Shown piece by piece: positions 9,819-18,173 of a stretch of DNA of 64,000 nt (the first letter of the stretch is position 1; every line of letters begins with the position of its first letter). The DNA is from an uncultured bacterium (lineage in GTDB: Bacteria; Desulfobacterota_D; UBA1144; Nemesobacterales; UBA2774). The translations under genes were made by a program, and so were the position numbers. The stretch lies in the NCBI GenBank assembly GCA_963705505.1, contig CAVPJU010000001.1:257678-321677 (forward strand), read 5' to 3'. Below the pieces are notes generated by a model, which did not search any database, was not told where the DNA came from, and worked only from the letters and a program-made list of their open reading frames with translations.

Positions 9819-10099
9819 AATCACTTTTAAAGCAAATTAAATCTCTCAATCTAAAAGAACTACGAGAGCTTCATGGCTACATCCAATCTCATCTACCTCC
9901 GTCTGTTGTCTACCAGCAAAAACCAGTAAAATGCGGATGTAAACTATGCAAAGAAGGTGGAAAAGGTCACGGTCTTTATTGGTATGCCTACTTCACTTAT
10001 CAGAATAAAACTCACTGTATTTATGTTGGAAAAGAAAAGAGAGAAATAGATCCGTTAGAAGAGCTTGAGAAAAAGAAAACTAGACGGAGGTCTAAATAA
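9809..10099 (+). CDS. Small basic Cys/His protein (DUF6788-like), putative DNA-binding
   Basis: CGCKLC...HGLYWYAY...IYVGK motif; basic C-terminus; at element end opposite integrase. Confidence 0.75.
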   Translation: MLDKSLLKQIKSLNLKELRELHGYIQSHLPPSVVYQQKPVKCGCKLCKEGGKGHGLYWYAYFTYQNKTHCIYVGKEKREIDPLEELEKKKTRRRSK

Positions 10100-10188
10100 T
10101 GGGAGTCTTTAAATGGAACAATAGAGTCAAACTTTACATATTGCACTGATCTGATTATAATTTTTCATGAGAATAGACATATAGTTAG

Positions 10189-10207
10189 TTCTAACCATGT
10201 TCTAACG
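10189..10207 (+). repeat. Putative integrase arm-type sites (right)
   Basis: TTCTAACCATGTTCTAACG, 17/19 identical to 189-207. Confidence 0.65.
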
Positions 10208-10330
10208 GATATGTAAGAATTAAGGGAAAAACCAGTGTCCTTAACGAACTTACAAGAATGCCAATTTGAGTTCTTTTTATTCTCAAATAACCTTGCAACA
10301 ATTTCAAAATATTGTAGATTTAAATACCTG

Positions 10331-10408
10331 CGGGGTGTAGCTCAGATTGGCTAGAGCGTTGCGTTCGGGACGCAGAGGCCGCCGGTTCAAGTCCGGCCAC
10401 CCCGACCA
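10331..10408 (+). tRNA. tRNA-Pro(CGG)
   Basis: Acceptor stem CGGGGTG/CACCCCG, anticodon arm TTGCG-TTCGGGA-CGCAG, T loop GTTCAAGT, encoded CCA. Confidence 0.97.
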
Positions 10409-10431
10409 TTAATTTCAAGTGCTCTCGCCTT

Positions 10432-11523
10432 TTAGCGGGAGAATACGACCATAAGGATTTCCGCCAGGATCAAAATAATAATGACCAGTTCCAGAGTTTG
10501 GCTTTGGGTCGTTCGCACCCGGTCGGTTAGCAACTGATATAGGCTGGCGATAATGTCGAGTTTGCGCGAAATGGCGCTCTCCCAATCTTGCAGATAGAGT
10601 CTTCGAGCGGCGACGGCATGAACTCGGGCCAGATAGAGATCCCCAATCAGCTTGAGGGCATTATCAACCCTTTCGGCTAGCAACAGCGATTCGAGTCGTA
10701 GTTCGGCCAGTGCTTGAATCGCTTTCCGATTTGGCGTGCGCAACGGCACTAACCAATCTCTGTGTTTGAACGAGAGTCCTTGATAATCGCCGATGCGCCG
10801 ATCCAGTTGCTCGTCCATATAGCGCGCTTCTAATAACTCCACGTTGAGTAATTCTAAGACATTGACGGTGTCTTGATAATCACGATCATAGACAAGCGCC
10901 GCATTCCAATCCACAATGACTAGATCGTTCTTGTAGTAAGAGAGCCTTTGATTCAGCGCCTCCTCTTGCTGCTCTAAACTGAACGGCTGAGTTTCAAACC
11001 GCAGCACCTGTGCGATGAGTGAGCTGTGCTGCGCCAGCAAATCGGCGGCGGACCAGGGTTGGTCAAATTCCTCTATGACGAACAAATAATAATCTTCTAC
11101 CAGAGGCGACAATTCAGGCCGGATTACTGCCGAGCGAATTTCTTCCAGAAATACTTGAATCTGTTCCTTCGCCTGAGCTTCCAGATTACGGTCATGAAGC
11201 GTTCGACTGAGCGGTTGCAAATCTGCCAATGACAGGGCTTGCTGGCCGGTGGGCAGTGACCATTGATAAGCTATGCTGGCAGCGCCGAAATCAAAGACTG
11301 TGACCTGCGCTCGCCCTGCTTCAGAAAGAATGGGTCTTATCTCTCCCAAATTCACGACGAGAGGCGGCTTTGAATACTGTATGAAAGTGGGGGTCTGTTT
11401 TTTGGGCGAGAGCGGCTGCACAGGTGCTGATGAAGGCAACTTGCTAAGCTGCTCGAGCGACACCTCAAAGCCAATGTCAAAGGCAAAAAGAGCTATTACT
11501 CTGCCGTTCAAGATCTTCGTCAT
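10432..11523 (-). CDS. Conserved hypothetical protein, RMD1/DUF155- or CorA-like, with C-terminal TM helix
   Basis: 363-aa ORF; DLVIVDWNAALVYD, GDLYLARVH, LELVIIILILAEI C-terminus. Confidence 0.6.
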   Translation of the reverse strand: MTKILNGRVIALFAFDIGFEVSLEQLSKLPSSAPVQPLSPKKQTPTFIQYSKPPLVVNLGEIRPILSEAGRAQVTVFDFGAASIAYQWSLPTGQQALSLADLQPLSRTLHDRNLEAQAKEQIQVFLEEIRSAVIRPELSPLVEDYYLFVIEEFDQPWSAADLLAQHSSLIAQVLRFETQPFSLEQQEEALNQRLSYYKNDLVIVDWNAALVYDRDYQDTVNVLELLNVELLEARYMDEQLDRRIGDYQGLSFKHRDWLVPLRTPNRKAIQALAELRLESLLLAERVDNALKLIGDLYLARVHAVAARRLYLQDWESAISRKLDIIASLYQLLTDRVRTTQSQTLELVIIILILAEILMVVFSR

Positions 11524-11624
11524 GCGATTAAGTCTACAGTCGGCAATGGGGTTTTTCTATAAAGCGATTTTTGGGTATATTTTCATTACTTTTCTCGGTC
11601 TAACCGGATGGTATATGGTCAGCG

Positions 11625-11960
11625 TTGGGAGAGATACATCCGGAGGGGGATGAGCAGAGGTGCTGGAACCACAAGATAACTAATGTTCTTGATGCAATGC
11701 CCAGGAGAGTAAGGGATGAGGCAGGGGAATATCTTAAGAGGATTCCCTACGCACAGACCCGGAAGGAATGTGAGAGGCTGAGGGATGAATTTGTTAACCG
11801 ATTACAAGAGAGATTATCTAAAGGCAGCAGAGAAGCTTCTTACAGACTGGGAACGGATGGTTACTTTTTATTCTTATCCTCAAGAGCACTGGGTGCACAT
11901 AAGGACAACCAATGTCGTTGAATCGCCCTTTAGTTCAATAAGACTGAGGACCGATGCGCA
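11625..11960 (+). pseudogene. IS256-family transposase remnant (truncated, frameshifted)
   Basis: QRCWNHKITNVLD in one frame, YPQEHWVHIRTTNVVESPFSSIRLRT in the next; N-terminus missing. Confidence 0.85.
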
Positions 11961-12006
11961 AAAGGTTCAAGAAGGGGAGTTGATTCAAGCTTCAGGAACT
12001 TTGAGC

Positions 12007-12035
12007 AAAAAAAAGGGGAGCGGTTGCTCCCCTTT
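12007..12035 (-). terminator. Intrinsic terminator of the secreted repeat protein gene
   Basis: AAAGGGGAGC-GGTT-GCTCCCCTTT hairpin with A-run on + strand (U-tract on -). Confidence 0.8.
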
Positions 12036-12057
12036 CGATATTTAGAGATTGCATTCC

Positions 12058-12378
12058 TTATTTAGCAGCATCATCCGGCATATCGCCACCGGGCGCTTCA
12101 CCTTCTGTGGACTTATCCGTCGTTCCGGTATCGGCACCAGAACCGTTTGTAGCTTCGTCCGTCATCTCACCGCCGGGCTGCTCGCCTGGGGTAGCTTTAT
12201 CGGCCGTGCCGGTGTCTGCACCAGAACCGTTTGTAGCTTCGTCCTTCATCTCGCCGCCGGGCTGCTCGCCAGCCGGCTGGTCCTGCGCTATTGAGGACAC
12301 ACTACCGAAAAAGGAATTTCCACCGAGGGAAAGTCCAGTTATTAACAGCAAGCCAAACAAAACAGCAATTACTCTCAT
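12058..12378 (-). CDS. Small secreted acidic low-complexity protein with 28-aa tandem repeats
   Basis: Hydrophobic signal-like N-terminus; GEQPGGEMxDEATNGSGADTGTxDK repeated (84-bp DNA period); GGAGG upstream, terminator downstream. Confidence 0.75.
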   Translation of the reverse strand: MRVIAVLFGLLLITGLSLGGNSFFGSVSSIAQDQPAGEQPGGEMKDEATNGSGADTGTADKATPGEQPGGEMTDEATNGSGADTGTTDKSTEGEAPGGDMPDDAAK

Positions 12379-12443
12379 GTCTTCAAACCCTCCTGATTTT
12401 TTTTTACCGACCGTATTTCCCCGGGCGGCTTTACTAATTATAG

Positions 12444-12459
12444 TGCAATTGTTGTACCA
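12444..12459 (-). promoter_or_regulatory. sigma54 -24/-12 promoter
   Basis: Minus strand TGGTACA-ACAA-TTGCA; TGTG-N8-CACA palindrome at 12564-12579. Confidence 0.6.
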
Positions 12460-12625
12460 GAAAACAACTACACGAAAAATCTAATTATTACAGATGGTTA
12501 AATTTACAAATAAAGATAACGGCCTTAAAGCTTACTTCGTTTGCGTTATAAACCACAATAAATTGTGCAATTTCACACATTTTGTTCACTCTTCTGGATT
12601 TCTCCGTATGATTAATGAGACGGTG

Positions 12626-13777
12626 CTAAGCACGGAAGTTTTTCAGGGCTTCCTTCATTTTAGAAACTGAAAGTTTTCGGAGTGCTTTCTTTTCGATCTG
12701 TCTTATCCTTTCCCTGGTGAGCTTGAATTTCCTGCCGATGTCGTCGAGCGTCACCACGTCGCTCCTGTCTATGCCGAAACGCATTCTCAGCACTTCTTCT
12801 TCTTTCGCACTGAGAAGCGCGAGGGAATTGCGTATGCTCTCTTTTAATTCGCAGTCCACGACAATGTGATCGGGCGAGATCGATTCTTCGTCCTCGATAA
12901 AGTCGTAAAGTGTCCTTCTCTCTCCATCGACCGGAGAATCGAGACTTACGGACTCATTCGTAATTTTCAGTATTCGCTTAACATACTTCAGCGGCACGCC
13001 TGAACGGTCTGAAATCTCCTCGGAGGTAGGGTTTTTGCCGGACTCTTTTAAAAGGAGCGACTTCGTGCGGTACACGCGGCTCGTTACCTCTAGCAGATAC
13101 ACGGGGACTCTTACCGCTCCCCTGTGAACCAGGATCGCTCTCGTTATGGCCTGATATATCCACCAGGACGCATAGGTGGAAAATCTATACCCTTTGGAGT
13201 AGTCGTATCTTTCGATCGCCTTCATGAGTCCGATATTCCCTTCCTGTATCAGGTCGAGGAAAGGAAGACCGTGGTTCACATACCTCTTTGCGATGCTTAT
13301 GACTAATCTGAGGTTGGCGCTCGCAAACCTTTTCCTTAACTTTTCAGCTTTAAGGGAATAAGCTTTTAGTGAGGCGTTAAGCCTGTTCCTGTTTTGATTG
13401 TGGTTGATGTGCCCGTTTGCGGTACCGCCGTTCTCGGAGCTGTCGGGGAACCTCTCGAGGTACGATGTGATTTGTTTTATTTTATATTCACATTTTTTTA
13501 TTTTTGCCGGTATCTCAACTTCTTCTTTAAGAGAGAGTAGAGGTTCTTTTGAAATGTCCCTGAAGTAATCGTTCAATATCCTGAACTGCTCGTCTTGTTT
13601 ATCGTAGATATCCTCTCGTTCCGCATCGTCGAGGGCAGCCCCGTCATAGTCCTCGCCGCTCTCTTCAACGCTGAATATCTCATCGTCTGCAAAAATTTCC
13701 TCCACCGCTGCTTCTTCGAAGTGCTCCGCGTAGCTTTCAGCCCCAATTTCCGATGCGCTAATTTCGTCGTATTTCAT
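12626..13777 (-). CDS. sigma70-family factor, RpoD/RpoS-like (lacks region 1.1)
   Basis: NLRLVISIAKRY, DLIQEGNIGLMKA, RFSTYASWWI, TRERIRQIE; ATG at 13777 with GAGG RBS. Confidence 0.92.
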   Translation of the reverse strand: MKYDEISASEIGAESYAEHFEEAAVEEIFADDEIFSVEESGEDYDGAALDDAEREDIYDKQDEQFRILNDYFRDISKEPLLSLKEEVEIPAKIKKCEYKIKQITSYLERFPDSSENGGTANGHINHNQNRNRLNASLKAYSLKAEKLRKRFASANLRLVISIAKRYVNHGLPFLDLIQEGNIGLMKAIERYDYSKGYRFSTYASWWIYQAITRAILVHRGAVRVPVYLLEVTSRVYRTKSLLLKESGKNPTSEEISDRSGVPLKYVKRILKITNESVSLDSPVDGERRTLYDFIEDEESISPDHIVVDCELKESIRNSLALLSAKEEEVLRMRFGIDRSDVVTLDDIGRKFKLTRERIRQIEKKALRKLSVSKMKEALKNFRA

Positions 13778-13899
13778 ATTCTCGTTCCTCTCTGAAAATT
13801 TTCTGTTACTTCTGATCGACAATCGGTAGAAAGCAAATCAAAGCCTGTTTGGGTTTTAGGCTCACGGGTTATTGCCTCCCTTCTCTATACATTCATAAG

Positions 13900-13915
13900 C
13901 GCAATATGTGTGCCA
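13900..13915 (-). promoter_or_regulatory. sigma54 -24/-12 promoter for the sigma factor gene
   Basis: Minus strand TGGCACA-CATA-TTGCG; palindrome GTGTA-N4-TACAC at 14001-14014. Confidence 0.75.
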
Positions 13916-14330
13916 TATAGCTCATTTTTGCATTTTATGTGTGATGTCAAAGTGTTATACAAATCGGATTTTTTGTTAATGGCTGAATATGAGATGCATT
14001 GTGTAAAAATACACTGTTTGCGGTGTACGAAATTAACACAATATAAAGAGCGGCCAAGGCTTCAGGCGGGGTTTTGGAAAGAACGGGATATTCTTCCGCT
14101 CCCGAAAAAAAATATGCGCGGGCTGTTTACTCATATTGTATCTGCATGTTTAAGTTACTTTGCGTCCCTGAAAGCGTTGATAAGGTTTACGGACTTCCGC
14201 GGTGGAAGCATCCGGGTGAAAGCCTCGCATCTTCTGAAAGGACCCCTTCTTGAGGTTAATTGTCTGCCGAAGCGGGGTTTCTGTGCGCGAAACTTGAATT
14301 CTCTCCTTAAGTACCTGTAGAATCTTATTA

Positions 14331-16862
14331 ATGTCAAAGGAGCTGAATGAAATACTGGAGGCGCTCGAGAGGCCCCTAAGATTCGCATCCAGGAACGACT
14401 ACTCGAATTTGGAAAAGGTCAAAGCGCTCGACCAGCTTGTCGGGGATTTGACGCTAAAGGCGCTCTCCCTCCCGCTCAGCGCCGAACAGGTAAGGGATTT
14501 GGAATCCCTCAGGGATTATTTTTCCGAATACGAGAGCCTGGCTTCTTCCGGGAGGAGGGAGCTGATTGAAAAATCGTTGTCCATCCTCACACAATTGAAA
14601 AACGATTACGCTTCACATGGACTTAAAAAGGCGGCTGATAAGATGCCGTTATCAACTGAAGAGCATGCTGAGAATGAGGGAGCTTCGGTTCAGGATAGTC
14701 GTGGGGCGTCTTTTTCAGACACGAGGGAACCCGGCCGGATTCCGATTCAATATGTTAAGGGAGTAGGTCCGAGGATAGCCTCGCTGCTCAGGAAAAAAGG
14801 GCTCGAAACGGTTGAGGACGCGCTTTATTACTTTCCGAGGACTTACGAAGACAGGAGGACCGTCAAGAGCATATCGAAGATAAAACCGGGTCACCGCGAG
14901 ACCGTAATGGGAAAGATAGTGCTTGCGGGAAAGGTCCGCACCAGAAGCAGAAGCCTCTATCAGCTGGTGGTTTCTGACGGAACGGGAACGGTCACCCTGG
15001 TATGGTTCCAGTTCAATGAGAAGTACTTGAGTAGCGCATATAAAAAAGGGACATCAGTAATCCTGACCGGCGATGTGAGCGTCGGCTACCGGGACGTGCT
15101 CCAGATTGTTCACCCAAAGCCTGAGGACATAGAGGTAATCGAAGAGGGCGAGGAGCTCGATGAGGGCCACGTCCATTTTAACCGTATAGTGCCGATATAT
15201 CCCCTCACCGAAGGCTTGAAGCAGAGGCGCATGAGGAGGATCATGAAGTCTGTCGTGGACTCCTACTCCGCTTCACTTTCGTCAAACGCTCCTCAATCGA
15301 TAAAGAAAAAAAGAGGGATCATCGATTTGAGCGATGCGGTATCGCGGGTCCATTTCCCGTCGAACGACGAAAGCTTGGTGGAGCTTTCCGATGAGGGCTC
15401 CGTCTACAAGTCGCCTCCTCATAAGACTCTCTCGTATTATGAATTCTTCCTGATGGAGCTCGGCCTCGCGCTCAAAAAGCGGGATGTTTCCCGATTAGAA
15501 GGCATCTCATTTCATCCAACCGGGGAGCTCACCGGGAAGCTCTTGTCCGGGCTCTCGTTTCAGCTTACATCCGCTCAGGAGCGCGTGCTGTCCGAGATAG
15601 AGGCGGATATGCGGGCGGGCAGGCCTATGAACAGGCTGCTGCAGGGAGATGTGGGGAGCGGCAAGACCATCGTAGCTCTTTTATCCATGCTGAAGGCTGT
15701 AGAGAGCGGGTACCAGGCGGTCCTCATGGCTCCTACGGAGATACTGGCGGAGCAGCACCTGTCGTCCGTCCTGAATTATGTAAAGGGAATGGGTGTCCGG
15801 GTCGTCTTTCTCAAGAGCGGCCTCGGGAGGGGCGAGAAGAATGCATATTACAGGGCGATCGCGTCGGGAGAGGCTCAGATCGCCATAGGGACACACGCGC
15901 TCCTTCAGGAAAGAGTGGACTTTAAGAAGCTGGGCATGGTGATTATCGATGAGCAGCACAGGTTCGGTGTCATGCAGAGGGCGGAGCTCATGAGCAAGGG
16001 AATTAACCCGGATGTGCTTGTAATGACGGCGACCCCTATACCGCGTACTCTCGCCCTTACGGTCTTCGGCGACCTCGATGTTTCTATACTCGATGAGCTC
16101 CCGCCAGGGAGGAAGGAAATCAGGACGAAAGTGTATTATGACCAGAAGGGCTCACGCGAAAGGGCGTACGAAGCAGTCAGAAAGGAGATAGAGAAGGGGA
16201 GACAGGCCTATGTCGTCTATCCGATGATCGAGGAGTCCGAGAACCCTGATTTCAAGGATCTGAAGTATGCGACTCAGATGGCAGAGGAGCTTAAAAACGA
16301 CATTTTCCCCGAATTCAGGGTGGGTCTTCTTCACGGGAGGATGAAAGCCGAGGAAAAAGAGGCCGTGATGAAGAGGTTCATATCTCGCCATATAGATATA
16401 CTCGTCTCAACGACGGTCATCGAGGTAGGGGTCGATGTTCCGAACGCTACGGTGATGGTCGTGGAAAACGCGGAGAGGTTCGGGCTCACTCAGCTCCATC
16501 AGCTGAGGGGGAGGGTGGGGAGGGGAGGGCACGATTCGGCATGCATCCTTATCTCGAGCTTCAGGAGGTCTGAGGACGCGGAGAAGAGGCTCTCTATAAT
16601 GGAAGAGACCACGGACGGGTTTAAGATAGCCGAAGCCGACCTTTTGATAAGGGGCCCGGGAGATTTTCTGGGGACGAAGCAGTCGGGACTGCCTGAATTC
16701 AGATTCGCCGACCTGATAAGGGATGCGAGAATTCTCGCGGAAGCGAGAGAGGACGCTTTTCAGATTGTAAACGAAGACCCCAGGCTGAGCGGGTACCCGG
16801 AATTGATGTCAGAGGTGGAAAAGAGGTACGGAGCAGTTTTTGAGCTAGGCGGAATATCTTAA
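14331..16862 (+). CDS. recG: ATP-dependent DNA helicase RecG
   Basis: LLQGDVGSGKT, IDEQHRFG, MTATPIPRTL, QLHQLRGRVGRG. Confidence 0.97.
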   Translation: MSKELNEILEALERPLRFASRNDYSNLEKVKALDQLVGDLTLKALSLPLSAEQVRDLESLRDYFSEYESLASSGRRELIEKSLSILTQLKNDYASHGLKKAADKMPLSTEEHAENEGASVQDSRGASFSDTREPGRIPIQYVKGVGPRIASLLRKKGLETVEDALYYFPRTYEDRRTVKSISKIKPGHRETVMGKIVLAGKVRTRSRSLYQLVVSDGTGTVTLVWFQFNEKYLSSAYKKGTSVILTGDVSVGYRDVLQIVHPKPEDIEVIEEGEELDEGHVHFNRIVPIYPLTEGLKQRRMRRIMKSVVDSYSASLSSNAPQSIKKKRGIIDLSDAVSRVHFPSNDESLVELSDEGSVYKSPPHKTLSYYEFFLMELGLALKKRDVSRLEGISFHPTGELTGKLLSGLSFQLTSAQERVLSEIEADMRAGRPMNRLLQGDVGSGKTIVALLSMLKAVESGYQAVLMAPTEILAEQHLSSVLNYVKGMGVRVVFLKSGLGRGEKNAYYRAIASGEAQIAIGTHALLQERVDFKKLGMVIIDEQHRFGVMQRAELMSKGINPDVLVMTATPIPRTLALTVFGDLDVSILDELPPGRKEIRTKVYYDQKGSRERAYEAVRKEIEKGRQAYVVYPMIEESENPDFKDLKYATQMAEELKNDIFPEFRVGLLHGRMKAEEKEAVMKRFISRHIDILVSTTVIEVGVDVPNATVMVVENAERFGLTQLHQLRGRVGRGGHDSACILISSFRRSEDAEKRLSIMEETTDGFKIAEADLLIRGPGDFLGTKQSGLPEFRFADLIRDARILAEAREDAFQIVNEDPRLSGYPELMSEVEKRYGAVFELGGIS

Positions 16863-16897
16863 AATCTTTTTTCTGTCGTTTCCGGGACGGACTTCCC

Positions 16898-18157
16898 TTA
16901 TCCTTCGAGTAGGAGCGATTCAGGGTCCTCTATCAGCTCCTTGACCCTGACCAGGAACTGGACAGCTTCACGGCCGTCGACGATCCTGTGGTCGTAGCTC
17001 AATGCGACGTACATCATCGGGCGGATCACTACGGCGCCGTTAAGGGCAACCGCCCTGTCTTCGATCTTATGAAGCCCTAGAATCCCGGACTGGGGTGGGT
17101 TCAGAATGGGAGTGCTCATAAGCGAGCCGAATACCCCGCCGTTCGTAATCGTGAAAGTGCCGCCCATAATCTCTTCGAGGGTCAGTGAGTTGTCCTCGGC
17201 CCTCTGCGCGTAGTCTTTGATCGATTTCTCGATCGCCGCAAACGACATACTGTCGGCGTTTCTCAGGACCGGGACGACGAGTCCTTCTGTCGCTCCTATC
17301 GCCACACCGATATCGTAGTAATGCTTGATAATCATATCGTCGCCGTCGATCTCCGCGTTTACCTGAGGGAATTCCTTGAGGGCCCCTATGGCGGCTTTGA
17401 CAAAGAACGAATTCAGACCCAGACTAACTCCGTATTTTTCCTTGAAAGATTCCTTCCTCCGCTTGCGGAGTTCCATTACAGCGCTCATGTCGATCTCATT
17501 GAACGTGGTGAGCATGGCGGTCGTTTGAGTAGCTTCGAGCATCCTCCGTGCGATCGTCCTCCTCCGCCTGGACATCTTGATTCGCTCTTCCCTGGCGTCC
17601 CTCGAAATGCGGAGCACAGGCGCCTCTTTCGCCTCCACCAGAGCAGGGGATTTGGTCCTGAGCGGCTCTGCCTTCGATATCTCCGGCTGAGCCGCTTGTT
17701 CTGCCTTTTTCTCTATATAGATTTCGACGTCTTCCTTGGTTATCCTGCTGCTCGGTCCCGTACCCTCCACTTTGCCGAGGTCGACCTGCTTTTCTTCGGC
17801 AATGCGTCTTGCGACAGGGGTCACTCTTTCCGCAGCGGGTTCGGGTTTCACTTTGATTTCTGCTTTTGGTTCCTCGACCGGTCTCGGGGTTTCCTTCGGC
17901 TTCGCTGCCTCGCCGACTTTGCCTTCTTCGATCACTCCCAGGACGTCACCCACCTCTACGTCCTCACCGTCCTTTTTCCTGATGCCGGTCAGTGTCCCCT
18001 CTTTCTCCGCAGCGACCTCGAAGTTCGCCTTTTCCGTCTCGAGCTCTACGAGCGGCTCTCCGATCTTTACAGGGTCTCCTTCAGACTTGAACCATCTCAC
18101 TACGGTCGCCTCTACGACGGATTCCCCTAATTCGGGTACGGTGATATTTATAGACAT
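16898..18157 (-). CDS. sucB: 2-oxoglutarate dehydrogenase E2 (dihydrolipoamide succinyltransferase)
   Basis: Lipoyl domain, E3-binding domain, [10 protein letters not shown]. Confidence 0.95.
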   Translation of the reverse strand: MSINITVPELGESVVEATVVRWFKSEGDPVKIGEPLVELETEKANFEVAAEKEGTLTGIRKKDGEDVEVGDVLGVIEEGKVGEAAKPKETPRPVEEPKAEIKVKPEPAAERVTPVARRIAEEKQVDLGKVEGTGPSSRITKEDVEIYIEKKAEQAAQPEISKAEPLRTKSPALVEAKEAPVLRISRDAREERIKMSRRRRTIARRMLEATQTTAMLTTFNEIDMSAVMELRKRRKESFKEKYGVSLGLNSFFVKAAIGALKEFPQVNAEIDGDDMIIKHYYDIGVAIGATEGLVVPVLRNADSMSFAAIEKSIKDYAQRAEDNSLTLEEIMGGTFTITNGGVFGSLMSTPILNPPQSGILGLHKIEDRAVALNGAVVIRPMMYVALSYDHRIVDGREAVQFLVRVKELIEDPESLLLEG

Positions 18158-18173
18158 AGTATTTCTCCGGTAT

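Larger units (their letters stand above)
23..10374. mobile_element. Integrative element / genomic island at tRNA-Pro(CGG), bounded by ~98-bp direct repeats
   Basis: Direct repeat 23-120 vs 10276-10374 (one 1-nt indel); tyrosine integrase just inside left end; visibly AT-rich relative to the rest of the window. Confidence 0.9.

Noticed and set aside
11599..11605. Extra TCTAACC motif outside the island
   Set aside because: Single 7-mer, not tandem; expected by chance
12074..12270. 84-bp repeats as a CRISPR array
   Set aside because: In-frame coding repeats with synonymous variation, no unique spacers, no cas genes
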